Shown here piece by piece: positions 1-9,032 of a stretch of DNA of 52,979 nucleotides (the stretch's first letter is position 1; each line of letters opens with the position of its first letter). The translations under genes and the position numbers were made by a program. Source of the stretch: an uncultured Burkholderiales Genera incertae sedis bacterium (GTDB lineage Bacteria > Pseudomonadota > Gammaproteobacteria > Burkholderiales > Eutrophovitaceae); assembly GCA_905478365.1 (NCBI GenBank), contig CAJQIK010000091.1, forward strand, positions 1-52,979. The letters run 5' to 3'. The notes beneath the pieces were generated by a model, which did not search any database, was not told the DNA's origin, and was given only the letters and a program-made list of their open reading frames with translations.

Positions 1-395
1 ACCAGCGATACATCGAACGTAAATTTCGATAGTTGACTGCCAGAACTATGTTCATGAAAATACTTCAGCGGCAGAACAAGAATCTTCTCAAACATCTCCT
101 CGCGTAAATCCATAACCATCTTGTTGCCAACCCACGCACTGGCGTATTGAGCAATGAACCCGCCCACCCCTCGGACTAAAAAAATCAATATCAAGGCAAT
201 GGGTGCCCATGTCATTAAGGACGGATCTTTGTCAATGAATGTTCCGTCCAAGAAAGGCTTAATCACAACAGGAAGTGCAACCTCTGTGGCCGCAGCTAGG
301 ATCATGCCAAAGATTGAAATCGAGAATACGAGCGAGTAAGGCCGCAGATACCCCAACAAACGAATGTAAAGCTTTGCGCTTTTTTCTGGTTTCAT
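1..395 (-). CDS. msbA: Lipid A export ABC transporter permease/ATP-binding protein MsbA (N-terminal part, runs off the window edge)
   Basis: Not in the ORF track. Manual minus-strand translation from ATG at 395 gives MKPEKSAKLYIRLLGYLRPYSLVFSISIFGMILAAATEVALPVVIKPFLDGTF..., a typical MsbA N-terminus and TM1, open to the window edge. Confidence 0.85.
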   Translation of the reverse strand, partial: MKPEKSAKLYIRLLGYLRPYSLVFSISIFGMILAAATEVALPVVIKPFLDGTFIDKDPSLMTWAPIALILIFLVRGVGGFIAQYASAWVGNKMVMDLREEMFEKILVLPLKYFHEHSSGSQLSKFTFDVSL

Positions 396-413
396 CGATG
401 GCAATTTAACAGA

Positions 414-443
414 CCCCAGCAAAAACGACCAGCGTTGCCGGGG
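414..443 (-). terminator. Possible terminator-like hairpin between the TonB receptor and msbA
   Basis: Minus strand CCCCGGCAA...TTGCTGGGG 9-bp GC-rich stem (one G-U pair), but a long loop and only a weak U-tract (TCTGTT). Confidence 0.3.
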
Positions 444-480
444 GGCTGCTCACAATCATCTATACCTTAACTATGAAACA

Positions 481-2601
481 TCACTGGCCAAAGGCGTAAT
501 CTACAGTAAGAAATAATGATCGTTCAGGCAAGGGGTAAAAGTTAAAAGCATCATTACCAACTGTGGTGCTGTTCACCGCAAACGTAAAGTACTCTTTGTT
601 TAACGCATTGTTAACTTTAAACGCGAGCGTCCAAGCACCAATATGTTTTCTCACATTGAGATCTAAAATTGAGTAGCTCGGTATTTTGCGCCCAAAAGCA
701 TTGATCTCATCGTTAGTCATGAATTGATCGCTCGTGTAATTAAGCTTAGCGCCTAAGTTATAGTTGTGCCCTAACTGCACATCAGCTGAGACCCCTATTT
801 TATTTCTCGGCACTAAAGGGATATCTTTGCCAGCTAACGGGACTCCAGCTCTTTCACCGTTTAAAAACTTGGGCTGAATATATGAAAAGTTTCCCCTCAA
901 AAGCCAACGCTCGTCTTGCCAAGTTGTTTGAAGCTCAACTCCCCGTCTCTGCGTGACGGAGTAATTTGTGTTTGCAAATGCGACCGGATCTAATCGGATT
1001 TCATTTCGGGTATCCGTTTGAAATAAGCTCGCGCTTACATAAGTTTTTTTATGGGCCCAACTTATGCCGATTTCATGCGTGTAACTGACTTGTGGTTCTA
1101 AAAAATTAAACGTTCGATCAATCTGAAACGTACCATTATTAAAGGCGTTAATAAAAACTTCATCGGAGTTGGCAACGCGAAAAGCTCGGCTAGTACTGGC
1201 CTCGATATCAATCCCGCCGGCCAGGGAATAAACCACACCTAAGTCATAGGCGTTGTTTTTGAGCGTTTGTGACTTTGACGTGGCAGCATTGTTGGTGGTA
1301 CCAAATGGCGTCGGAGCTGATGAGTCCACTGAATCTATCGCCTCTCCTTCCTGTTGTTCATGTCGAAAACCCAAAGCCAAAGTGAAATCATCTGTTAGTC
1401 CCAAGGTTCCGCGACCGTAAACGCCAATGTTAGTCTGATCCAGATCAGCGACACCGAATGGTTGAGTCTCGATTGTTTCGGGAGTGGTTGCCCGCGTGTG
1501 GGTGCGGTCCCATTTAAAGTAATCTAATCCGAATATAAACTCACTTCCCATCAACAGCTCGAGAGCGTCATATTTAACGCGTGGTGATATTTGCCATACT
1601 TTTGTTTCGATATTGGAAAACTCTTGGTTACCTGATGAAAATAAGGAGGAATCACTGTCCCGAAACGATACCTCCTCAATTATGGTCCAACGACCCATAT
1701 TCTGTGTTGCCGAAAGGGTTGCGCTATTGCCGTCGAGCGTTAAAAAGTCTTGATCAGAATCGGTTGATTTTCGGTCAATAGAACTAATCGGAGCAATCAC
1801 GCCGGGAAAGCCAAGGCCATCTGGGTTAACAAACAGATCTCCCGGTGTTCTTAAATCTAACCGATCAGCACCAGCGGTGAATGTCAGGACGCTCTGTTCG
1901 CCATACCACTGGTAATCAATTTTTGCGACCGAACGTCTCTCCTCGTTATTTTCACGATAATTATCCGAGTTATAACGCTGACCGAACACCCAAAGCCCTG
2001 CATTGTCGCCGGAGGTTGTGCCTGAAAGATCCAATGAGCGTGTTCCATATGAGCCTAGGTCTGTCCTCACTTTCATGCTCTTCTCGTTTGGCTGTTGGCG
2101 TTTTGTTATAACGTTTATATAGCCCGCCGTGGCGCCTGAGCCATAAAGTACGCCACCAGACCCTTTCACAATTTCAATACGGTCAATACTGTCCAACGGT
2201 ATTGAGGACCAGTTCACCGAACTTAAGTCATTGTTTTTTATTCGTATACCATTTAATAAAATAAGGGTATTTTCATCTCCTACCGCACCAAAACCTCGGA
2301 TGTCAACTGCTGCAGACTGAGTACCGTTGCCGAAAAAGTTATTCACGAGGGAGAGCCCACTATTGGCGGAGAGAAACTCCGGCAAACTTTGTTGGCTTGC
2401 ATTTTCAATTTGTTCAGAAGTGATCACTTCAAACCCCGGCGATAGGCGCCCTTGTTTAGCCTCGAATCGATCCACAGTGAGTAATATGGGGTCAATAGTT
2501 ATATCTTCTTGAGCGCTTCCGATAGTGACTATTGAAGAAAGGACTAACCCGACCATGACCATAGGCCGTAAATGGAGAGAACTACGCATTAAATACCTCA
2601 T
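481..2601 (-). CDS. btuB: TonB-dependent outer-membrane receptor, BtuB-like (cobalamin/corrinoid uptake). True start may be ATG 2589, which follows a GAGG RBS.
   Basis: Signal peptide, plug motifs (DIRGFG, LILLNG, IDRIEIVKGSGGVLYGSGATAGYINVIT), C-terminal beta-barrel motif (VNNALNKEY...DYAF). Lies directly downstream of a cobalamin riboswitch. Confidence 0.85.
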   Translation of the reverse strand: MRYLMRSSLHLRPMVMVGLVLSSIVTIGSAQEDITIDPILLTVDRFEAKQGRLSPGFEVITSEQIENASQQSLPEFLSANSGLSLVNNFFGNGTQSAAVDIRGFGAVGDENTLILLNGIRIKNNDLSSVNWSSIPLDSIDRIEIVKGSGGVLYGSGATAGYINVITKRQQPNEKSMKVRTDLGSYGTRSLDLSGTTSGDNAGLWVFGQRYNSDNYRENNEERRSVAKIDYQWYGEQSVLTFTAGADRLDLRTPGDLFVNPDGLGFPGVIAPISSIDRKSTDSDQDFLTLDGNSATLSATQNMGRWTIIEEVSFRDSDSSLFSSGNQEFSNIETKVWQISPRVKYDALELLMGSEFIFGLDYFKWDRTHTRATTPETIETQPFGVADLDQTNIGVYGRGTLGLTDDFTLALGFRHEQQEGEAIDSVDSSAPTPFGTTNNAATSKSQTLKNNAYDLGVVYSLAGGIDIEASTSRAFRVANSDEVFINAFNNGTFQIDRTFNFLEPQVSYTHEIGISWAHKKTYVSASLFQTDTRNEIRLDPVAFANTNYSVTQRRGVELQTTWQDERWLLRGNFSYIQPKFLNGERAGVPLAGKDIPLVPRNKIGVSADVQLGHNYNLGAKLNYTSDQFMTNDEINAFGRKIPSYSILDLNVRKHIGAWTLAFKVNNALNKEYFTFAVNSTTVGNDAFNFYPLPERSLFLTVDYAFGQ

Positions 2602-2666
2602 TTAGTAAGCTTGCACCCGCCGTGCAAATTTAAAATATGTCTCAAATAATCAAGACTCCGTCGTAC

Positions 2667-2885
2667 CAAATGGCCGGTATCCGGACTCACAAGTAATAAC
2701 TTCACGCCTTCCCTAAAGTGATAGTAAGTACTAACATTTTAGGTGGCTTCGTAGCTTTGAGGGGCTACTGATGTAAAGCTCACACTCATTCACCGTTGCG
2801 GGGGCAGTACAGGGATTGTTCCTAAAAACTCACCTGTTTCCCGATTATCCCACGCACTTCAGAAGAAGGGCGCAGGCACCATTTA
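2667..2885 (-). ncRNA. Cobalamin (AdoCbl-class) riboswitch
   Basis: Minus strand shows AAATGGTGC...AATCGGGAAACAGGTG...AATCCCTGTACTGCCCCCGCAACGGT...GCCAC...GGGAAGGC...GAGTCCGGATACCGGCCATTT, i.e. the conserved core, B12 box and P1 pairing. Sits in the 5' leader of a TonB receptor. Confidence 0.95.
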
Positions 2886-2932
2886 GACACATTGTACACG
2901 GTATACAATAAAAATTGTGTTTTTAAGCCGTG

Positions 2933-2960
2933 TTGACTTTTTATTCGCGTCCCCTATAGT
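2933..2960 (+). promoter_or_regulatory. Sigma70-type promoter for the zapB-zapA-ssrS unit
   Basis: TTGACT (2933-2938), 16-nt spacer, TATAGT (2955-2960). Confidence 0.6.
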
Positions 2961-2966
2961 TTCGGG

Positions 2967-3170
2967 ATGCATGCGCAACTGAAGTCTCTAGAACAACAAT
3001 TAGATGAGTTAATAAGCCTCGCACGAAATTTAAGGGGTGAGAATCTCACGCTTCGACAAAAGCTATTATTAGCTGAAAATGAGAAGCAAAAACTCGAAAA
3101 AAAAATAAATCTGGCAACTTCAAAGTTAGAGAACATGCTGCATCGTCACGATGAAAAGGAACAATCTTGA
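2967..3170 (+). CDS. ZapB-like short coiled-coil cell-division protein
   Basis: 67-aa all-coiled-coil protein (LKSLEQQLDELI...LRGENLTLRQKL) overlapping the zapA start. Conserved position upstream of zapA. Confidence 0.8.
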   Translation: MHAQLKSLEQQLDELISLARNLRGENLTLRQKLLLAENEKQKLEKKINLATSKLENMLHRHDEKEQS

Positions 3171-3472
3171 GCGACCCCACGATGCTTGAAGTTGAAATTC
3201 TTGGTAAGCCATTGCGATTAGCATGCAAAGCGGAAGAAAAAGAAGACTTACTAAACGCGGTTTCATTATTAGATGAACAGATTCAAGAGATAAGAGAAGG
3301 CGGAAAAGTTGTTGGCTCGGAGCGAGTGGCCATTATGGCGGCACTCAACATTGCTCACAAACTACTTACTGTTCAAACCCGCGGTATCAATCTAAACGAA
3401 TTACGAAGTACAATCACATCGATGGGTAAGAAAATAGATACCGTTTTAAATGATCAAGAAAAATTATTTTAA
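3167..3472 (+). CDS. zapA: Cell division protein ZapA
   Basis: VEILGKPLRLAC...ERVAIMAALNIAH motifs; TTG start; followed by 6S RNA. Confidence 0.92.
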   Translation: MSDPTMLEVEILGKPLRLACKAEEKEDLLNAVSLLDEQIQEIREGGKVVGSERVAIMAALNIAHKLLTVQTRGINLNELRSTITSMGKKIDTVLNDQEKLF

Positions 3473-3476
3473 TTTT

Positions 3477-3652
3477 TGTTTACTAAGGAAGAGCTGCTCG
3501 ATTAATTTTCTGAACCAATAAATTTGTTTAGGTCGCCAACTCAAGTAATGCTTTTGCGCGCGTTCCAGGAGGACGTACCTGCGGCATTCGGAAGGTGACC
3601 GCCTTGAACCTTATGGTTCAGGATGAGCCGAGCAGCTCTCCCTTAGTAAACA
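3477..3652 (+). ncRNA. ssrS: 6S RNA
   Basis: About 175 nt with a long closing stem (TGTTTACTAAGG..GAGCTGCTCG / CGAGCAGCTC..CCTTAGTAAACA), an AT-rich bubble, TGAACC and CCTTGAACC-TTAT-GGTTCAGG elements, in the canonical position after zapA. Confidence 0.9.
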
Positions 3653-3674
3653 GTAGCTAACCAATTCTTAACTG

Positions 3675-4148
3675 ATGTCAAAATCGACCACGATTCGCTA
3701 CTGGCTCATGAAGTCAGAGCCCAATGTCTTCAGTATTGATGACCTTAAAAAGTGTCCTCGTAAAACCGAGCCTTGGAATGGTGTGCGTAATTACCAAGCG
3801 CGAAATTTCATGAGGGATGATATGTCCGTCGGGGACGGCGTGCTGTTCTATCATTCCAACTGTTCACCCCCGGGTATAGCGGGGTACGCCGAAGTAGTTC
3901 GGGAGGCATATCCGGATGAAACACAATTTGATGAAGTAAGTGATTACTTCGATAAAAAATCAACTCGTGAAAAGCCTCGATGGGTTAATGTAGACGTTAA
4001 ATTCGTCCGTAAAACCACACTATTGTCGCTACATGAAATGAAGGAGCACAAAAAACTCGAAACCATGAAAGTCCTTCAAAAAGGGTCTCGTCTATCCATT
4101 ACACCTGTAACGCCCGAAGAGTGGCGCTACATTCAAACCCTCATTTGA
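3675..4148 (+). CDS. EVE domain-containing protein
   Basis: YWLMKSEP, WNGVRNYQARNFMRD, FYHSNC, RLSITPV motifs. Confidence 0.93.
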   Translation: MSKSTTIRYWLMKSEPNVFSIDDLKKCPRKTEPWNGVRNYQARNFMRDDMSVGDGVLFYHSNCSPPGIAGYAEVVREAYPDETQFDEVSDYFDKKSTREKPRWVNVDVKFVRKTTLLSLHEMKEHKKLETMKVLQKGSRLSITPVTPEEWRYIQTLI

Positions 4149-4966
4149 TGATGGACTTGATGATCCAATGGTGGATCGCTTATCTAGCGGTGGGAGTTTT
4201 CGTAGGCTTTTTCGCGGGTCTTCTGGGAATTGGTGGTGGGACTCTTCTCGTCCCCCTGATGGTTTTTCTATTTACAGCGCAAGAATTTGCAATAGAGCGA
4301 ACGCTGCATCTCGCCATTGGTACTTCTCTTGCCTCAATTGTCTTCACGTCTCTATCGAGTATCCGTGCTCATCATGCGCGCGAAGCCATTTTATGGCCGA
4401 CTGTCAAACAATCGGCCGGCTATCTTGTTATTGGAACCTTCTTTGGTAGCTTTTTTGCCGAATCATTAAACCCTGCCGTTTTAGCTGGTTTATTCGTTAT
4501 TTTTGCTGGATATGCCTCAATTGACCTATTTCTTAACCTCAAACCAAAGCCCTCGCGGAGCTTACCGAAAAGTATCGGCATGGGAATAGGCTCTGGGTGT
4601 GTCGGGATAATTTCAAGTCTTGTAGGTATCGGCGGCGGCGTTGTTACTATTCCCCTAATGGTTATGCACAATATTCCTATGCGAAACGCTATAGGAACAT
4701 CAGCAGCTTTAGGGTTTCCAATAGCGGTAGCGGGCGCCCTAGGATACATTTGGAATGGTTGGGGCAACATATACCTGCCAGAATACAGCATTGGTTACGT
4801 ATATTTACCAGCACTTGTAGGAATTGTTGTTGGGACCTTTATCACGGTTCCATTCGGCGCTAAGGTCGCACATTCGATACCTGTCACAGCGCTTAAAAGG
4901 ATCTTTGCTTTAATTTTGATGTTTCTAGCGATCGATATGTTCGTGAAAATATTTATTAAGGCTTAA
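4148..4966 (+). CDS. Sulfite exporter TauE/SafE family membrane protein
   Basis: Duplicated GLLGIGGG/SLVGIGGG and AIGTS motifs, multiple TM helices. Start placed at the ATG overlapping the EVE stop (TGATG); ORF track starts at 4121. Confidence 0.88.
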   Translation: MMDLMIQWWIAYLAVGVFVGFFAGLLGIGGGTLLVPLMVFLFTAQEFAIERTLHLAIGTSLASIVFTSLSSIRAHHAREAILWPTVKQSAGYLVIGTFFGSFFAESLNPAVLAGLFVIFAGYASIDLFLNLKPKPSRSLPKSIGMGIGSGCVGIISSLVGIGGGVVTIPLMVMHNIPMRNAIGTSAALGFPIAVAGALGYIWNGWGNIYLPEYSIGYVYLPALVGIVVGTFITVPFGAKVAHSIPVTALKRIFALILMFLAIDMFVKIFIKA

Positions 4967-4983
4967 ACTAATCATTTACTCGA

Positions 4984-5586
4984 CTAAGGTCGCTCCAAAA
5001 ACCAACCCGTAAGACTATGACGATCTCGATTACAGGTTAGGACCTCATGCGCGAAGAGTTCACTCAAGAACACTACAAGCGTACCGAATCGTGGAACGAT
5101 ATCAATGAATTGCTCAAGACCGGAGTTCAAATATAATCTTAAATTCCCGCCGTCATTGCTTGACCAGCCCTTATTTAAATACAGTGTCACTGTTAATTTT
5201 CGACGCTTGCTGGCCAATGGTCGATCATAATGGCGCTCATATGCTGAGCCAGATTTATACTGTGCTAGATGACACTCAAAATCAAAAAGGCCAAGGTAGA
5301 GGCTTTGATTAAGGTCATCTTTAAGCCGATCAAATTGTAAAAATACCTTTTCAATAACAGATCCCTCTTCTCGATCGAGCCACCATATTTGATCACCTCG
5401 GATACGTTCCTGAATTTGATACTGAGAGCCCGAACCAATACCCGCACTCTTATATTTACCTCTACCCACACCTGACTCGGCATATATCCTGAGTGTATCT
5501 AGTACGCTCTCGCTAAATAAGCCGTGAGTAATCGAATACCCATCACGCTCAATATCATTGCTAATTTGATTGGCGATTGAAATCAT
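4984..5586 (-). CDS. 2OG-Fe(II) oxygenase, SM-20/EGLN prolyl-hydroxylase-like
   Basis: IRGDQIWWL, HxD (YERHYD), YLN..W...DGG.LRL, HEVL and RHSLTGWF motifs. Confidence 0.88.
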   Translation of the reverse strand: MISIANQISNDIERDGYSITHGLFSESVLDTLRIYAESGVGRGKYKSAGIGSGSQYQIQERIRGDQIWWLDREEGSVIEKVFLQFDRLKDDLNQSLYLGLFDFECHLAQYKSGSAYERHYDRPLASKRRKLTVTLYLNKGWSSNDGGNLRLYLNSGLEQFIDIVPRFGTLVVFLSELFAHEVLTCNRDRHSLTGWFLERP

Positions 5587-5618
5587 CAGAGCCTGAATTT
5601 AACAAAATCGATCTAATT

Positions 5619-7121
5619 TCAATCGCTAGAGTATGCTTCTCTTAATAGCGATTTTTGAACTTTACCCATTGCATTTCTGGGTAATTGATTCACAACGTGG
5701 ATCGCTTTAGGTACTTTATAAGTTGCGAGTTGTACTTTTAAATTCTCAATTAATAAAGCGGTGTCGGCATTAGAGTTTGCATTAAGGACGATCGCCGCCG
5801 TTACTGCCTCACCGAAGTCAGAATCCTTAATACCAAATACAGCAGACTCAAAAATGCTTGGCTCAGCATCTAAAATTAACTCTATTTCTTTTGGGTAAAC
5901 GTTGTATCCCCCCGTTATGATCAAATCTTTGGATCTACCAACTATCGTGAGATAACGCTCTTCGTCGAAGACCCCTAAATCTCCCGTTCGAAACCACCCA
6001 TCCGGAGTAAACTCTTCTTTGGTTTTTTCTGGCATATTTCGGTAACCTTTGAAGACATTTGGCCCTTTGATCTGTATGTGTCCAGTATCCCCCTGAGAAA
6101 CACTCACATCAACATCATCTACGATACGAACGCTAACCCCGGGTAACGCCCGGCCGACCGATCCAACTTTACGTACCCCATGATAAGGGTTACTCGTAAT
6201 CATTCCCGCTTCAGACATGCCGTAACGCTCTAAAATTTGATGGCCCGTTCTTTGCTCGAATAATTCGTGAGTCTCGCTTAGCAAGGGAGCTGATCCAGAA
6301 ATGAACAACCGGATCGCACGGCAAAGACTCTTAGTCAAACTGGCGCTACTTAATAGTCGCGTGTAGAACGTTGGCACCCCCATCATCACGGTTGATTTTG
6401 GTATTGCCTCAGCAACCTCTTCAACATTAAACCTATTGAGCCAAAGCATCTTCGCTCCAACCGTCAACGCACAATGGTTAGCGATAAATAATCCATGCAC
6501 GTGAAAGACCGGCAGCGCATGAAGCAAAACATCATTCTCAGAAAAATCCCAAAGTTTAGTGAGCGCATTTACGTTCGAGATCAGATTATCATGTGTCACC
6601 ATCGCGCCCTTACTTCGACCGGTAGTGCCCGAGGTATAAATAATGACCGCAACCTCGCTCGGGCTTGACGCTCGAGTCGGTGCGAATTCGGATTGCCTTG
6701 CCGAAAGGCTACTCAAGTCTTGATTATCTCCACCACTCAACACTACCGCCGAACAAGTCTTTATATCTGCCACCAAAGCCGAAACCTCATCCAATCGCTC
6801 AATGGTAGTAATGAAAAGTGTGGGTTTCGCATCCGCAATAAAATGAGTCAGTTCGGATGCCTTGTATGCGGTATTTAGTGGCACGAAAATGTAACCGCCT
6901 TTTATACAGGCCAAGTAGAGCAGTAAACTGGGCAAGCTTTTTTCTACTTGCACAACAATACGATCACCGCCCCGTGCACCTAATGCACTCAAGGCATTTA
7001 AATAACGTGATACTTCGCTGCCAAGCTGGCTGTACGAGATGTTGCGCTCATTGCCAATTTTTATTGCTATGTTTGCTGGCTTTAATTGGACAACATTTTC
7101 AATAAGTGAATAAAAATTCAT
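5619..7121 (-). CDS. matB: Malonyl-CoA synthetase (MatB-type acyl-CoA ligase)
   Basis: YTSGTTGRSKG P-loop, HALPVFHVHGLF, MGVPTFYTRL, ILERYGMSE, PRNAMGKVQK: all typical of MatB. Confidence 0.85.
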   Translation of the reverse strand: MNFYSLIENVVQLKPANIAIKIGNERNISYSQLGSEVSRYLNALSALGARGGDRIVVQVEKSLPSLLLYLACIKGGYIFVPLNTAYKASELTHFIADAKPTLFITTIERLDEVSALVADIKTCSAVVLSGGDNQDLSSLSARQSEFAPTRASSPSEVAVIIYTSGTTGRSKGAMVTHDNLISNVNALTKLWDFSENDVLLHALPVFHVHGLFIANHCALTVGAKMLWLNRFNVEEVAEAIPKSTVMMGVPTFYTRLLSSASLTKSLCRAIRLFISGSAPLLSETHELFEQRTGHQILERYGMSEAGMITSNPYHGVRKVGSVGRALPGVSVRIVDDVDVSVSQGDTGHIQIKGPNVFKGYRNMPEKTKEEFTPDGWFRTGDLGVFDEERYLTIVGRSKDLIITGGYNVYPKEIELILDAEPSIFESAVFGIKDSDFGEAVTAAIVLNANSNADTALLIENLKVQLATYKVPKAIHVVNQLPRNAMGKVQKSLLREAYSSD

Positions 7122-7176
7122 GACCTGACTTGTAAGATTGGTTGCTTGATAACCTTAATCAATATCCAGTTGAGCC

Positions 7177-8304
7177 CTAAATTTCACACCAATCTGAAAT
7201 AATATCTTTGTACATATCAACAGACGCCTCTACACGATCTAAGACGCAATATTCGTCTGTCTGGTGTGCCATACTTGCCTCTCCAGGCCCTAGAATCAAA
7301 GTTGGTGGCGACCCGTAAGCAGGAGTAAGCGCCGCTGCATCTGTAAAATAAGTAGCTACTTTAGCCTCTGGGCGATATCCCAAATAAGGCTGGACGAGAT
7401 CAAAGACAGTCTGGATCCATGGAGTGTCGGGCTCCGAATAAATACTTTCTAAATCGATGAAGGTCTCCAGTTCTACGTCATGTCCCATACATTTTTGTAA
7501 TTGATCTCTCACGTCTTTGTGCTTTGACGTAGGGACACTTCTAATGTCAATCGAAATAGCCGCCTCATCAGGTACCGAATTGATATTTAACCCGCCATGT
7601 ACCATGCCAACATTAAGAGTGGCTTGCCCCATCATCTCATGTGGCGGGTTCGAAAACTTAAAATTTTCTAATGCTGTTATTGCTTTTGCAGCTCTGTAAA
7701 CCGCATTTTCTCCAAGGTTAGGCATCGAACCATGAGCTGTCACACCACTGGTCTTCGCGGTTAACCAGTAAGCCCCCTTATGTCCAACAAACGGAAAGTT
7801 GGAAGTGGGCTCACCAACTAAAACTGCGCCAGCTCGACCAAGCGCTCCCTGTTGACGCACTAAATCGAAAGCTCCTTGACAACCGACCTCTTCGCCCGCT
7901 GTGATAACCAACTCTAAGCCAGGAGTTCCGCTCAAACGGTCTGACAACTCGATTGCGGCGGTGACAAACGCGGCAACACCACACTTCATGTCACTTGTTC
8001 CACGGCCGAATAATCGGCCTGCATCGGTTTCACCTGAGAAGGGGTCTTTCGTCCAAGCGGTTGCGCCCAAGGGCACCGTGTCAATGTGGCCGGTAATGCA
8101 CAATGGTTTCTTGGTGCTGTTCCCACCTATCCGAGCTACGAGGCTCGCTCGTTTCTCGCCGAAGGGATGCAGCGACACAGAAAACTTAGCTTTCTCTAAA
8201 ATATTACCTAAAAATCGAGCACACGCCTCTTCATCCCCCGGAGGGTTTATAGTGTTCATCTGGACTAAATGCTTAGTCAATTCTATAACTGATCCCAATG
8301 CCAT
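7177..8304 (-). CDS. M20 family metallo-amidohydrolase (ArgE/DapE-like)
   Basis: GHIDTVP, GRGTSDMK, GEE, GEP, AHGS and AHQTDE metal/catalytic motifs. Confidence 0.9.
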   Translation of the reverse strand: MALGSVIELTKHLVQMNTINPPGDEEACARFLGNILEKAKFSVSLHPFGEKRASLVARIGGNSTKKPLCITGHIDTVPLGATAWTKDPFSGETDAGRLFGRGTSDMKCGVAAFVTAAIELSDRLSGTPGLELVITAGEEVGCQGAFDLVRQQGALGRAGAVLVGEPTSNFPFVGHKGAYWLTAKTSGVTAHGSMPNLGENAVYRAAKAITALENFKFSNPPHEMMGQATLNVGMVHGGLNINSVPDEAAISIDIRSVPTSKHKDVRDQLQKCMGHDVELETFIDLESIYSEPDTPWIQTVFDLVQPYLGYRPEAKVATYFTDAAALTPAYGSPPTLILGPGEASMAHQTDEYCVLDRVEASVDMYKDIISDWCEI

Positions 8305-8314
8305 CTCCTTAACA

Positions 8315-9031
8315 CTAAGCGCTTCCGAAATAGGCCGCGCGCAACTCGGAATTATTCTTCAACGAATCCACTGACCCACTTGCTACAATTTTTCCTTGCG
8401 ATAAAACATAGCCAAAATGAGCAATTTCTAATGTTTGTCGAACATTTTGTTCGACCAGTAACACAGTCATACCTTTTTCATTGATATCTTTAATAATACG
8501 AAAATTCTCTTTAACAAATAACGGTGACAAACCAAGAGATGGCTCATCAAATATCATAAGAGAGGGATTACTCATCAAGCTTCTACCAATCGTCAGCATG
8601 GCTTGCTCACCACCCGACATCGTTCCCGCTAACTGATCTGATCTCTCTTCCAGTTTCGGAAAAAAATCATATACCTGTTTTAAACGCTGCATCACAACGC
8701 TTGCGTTTCTCTCTAAAAAAGCACCTGCCTGTAAGTTTTCAAGAACAGTCATCTTTCCAAAGACTCGTCTGCCCTCTGGCACACACGTGACGCCCTCACT
8801 CGCTATATCGTGTGTTGCCCATGAAGAAATGTCTTTATCGCTGAATGTCACTAAGCCCGCACGAATATTATTTAGGCCCAAAATGGCTCTAATCAATGTG
8901 GTTTTTCCGGCACCATTCGCACCTAGCAAACAAGTGATTTTCCCCTCAATGACGTTAAGCGACACGTTACTAACCACATCTGCCTCATCATACCCAGCCG
9001 TTAAATTATCCACGGTAAGCATCGACACCAT
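8315..9031 (-). CDS. LivF-like ABC transporter ATP-binding protein
   Basis: GANGAGKT Walker A, VPEGRRVF, MSGGEQ signature, DEPSLGL, VEQN. Confidence 0.93.
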   Translation of the reverse strand: MVSMLTVDNLTAGYDEADVVSNVSLNVIEGKITCLLGANGAGKTTLIRAILGLNNIRAGLVTFSDKDISSWATHDIASEGVTCVPEGRRVFGKMTVLENLQAGAFLERNASVVMQRLKQVYDFFPKLEERSDQLAGTMSGGEQAMLTIGRSLMSNPSLMIFDEPSLGLSPLFVKENFRIIKDINEKGMTVLLVEQNVRQTLEIAHFGYVLSQGKIVASGSVDSLKNNSELRAAYFGSA

Positions 9032-9032
9032 T

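Noticed and set aside
3477-3652. Long inverted repeat as a MITE or novel RNA
   Set aside because: Fully explained by the 6S RNA closing stem; no second copy seen in the window.
3477-4966. 6S RNA followed by EVE and TauE genes instead of ygfA; EVE as a possible modification-dependent defence module
   Set aside because: This order is common in Betaproteobacteria, and the EVE protein is stand-alone with no nuclease or toxin partner.
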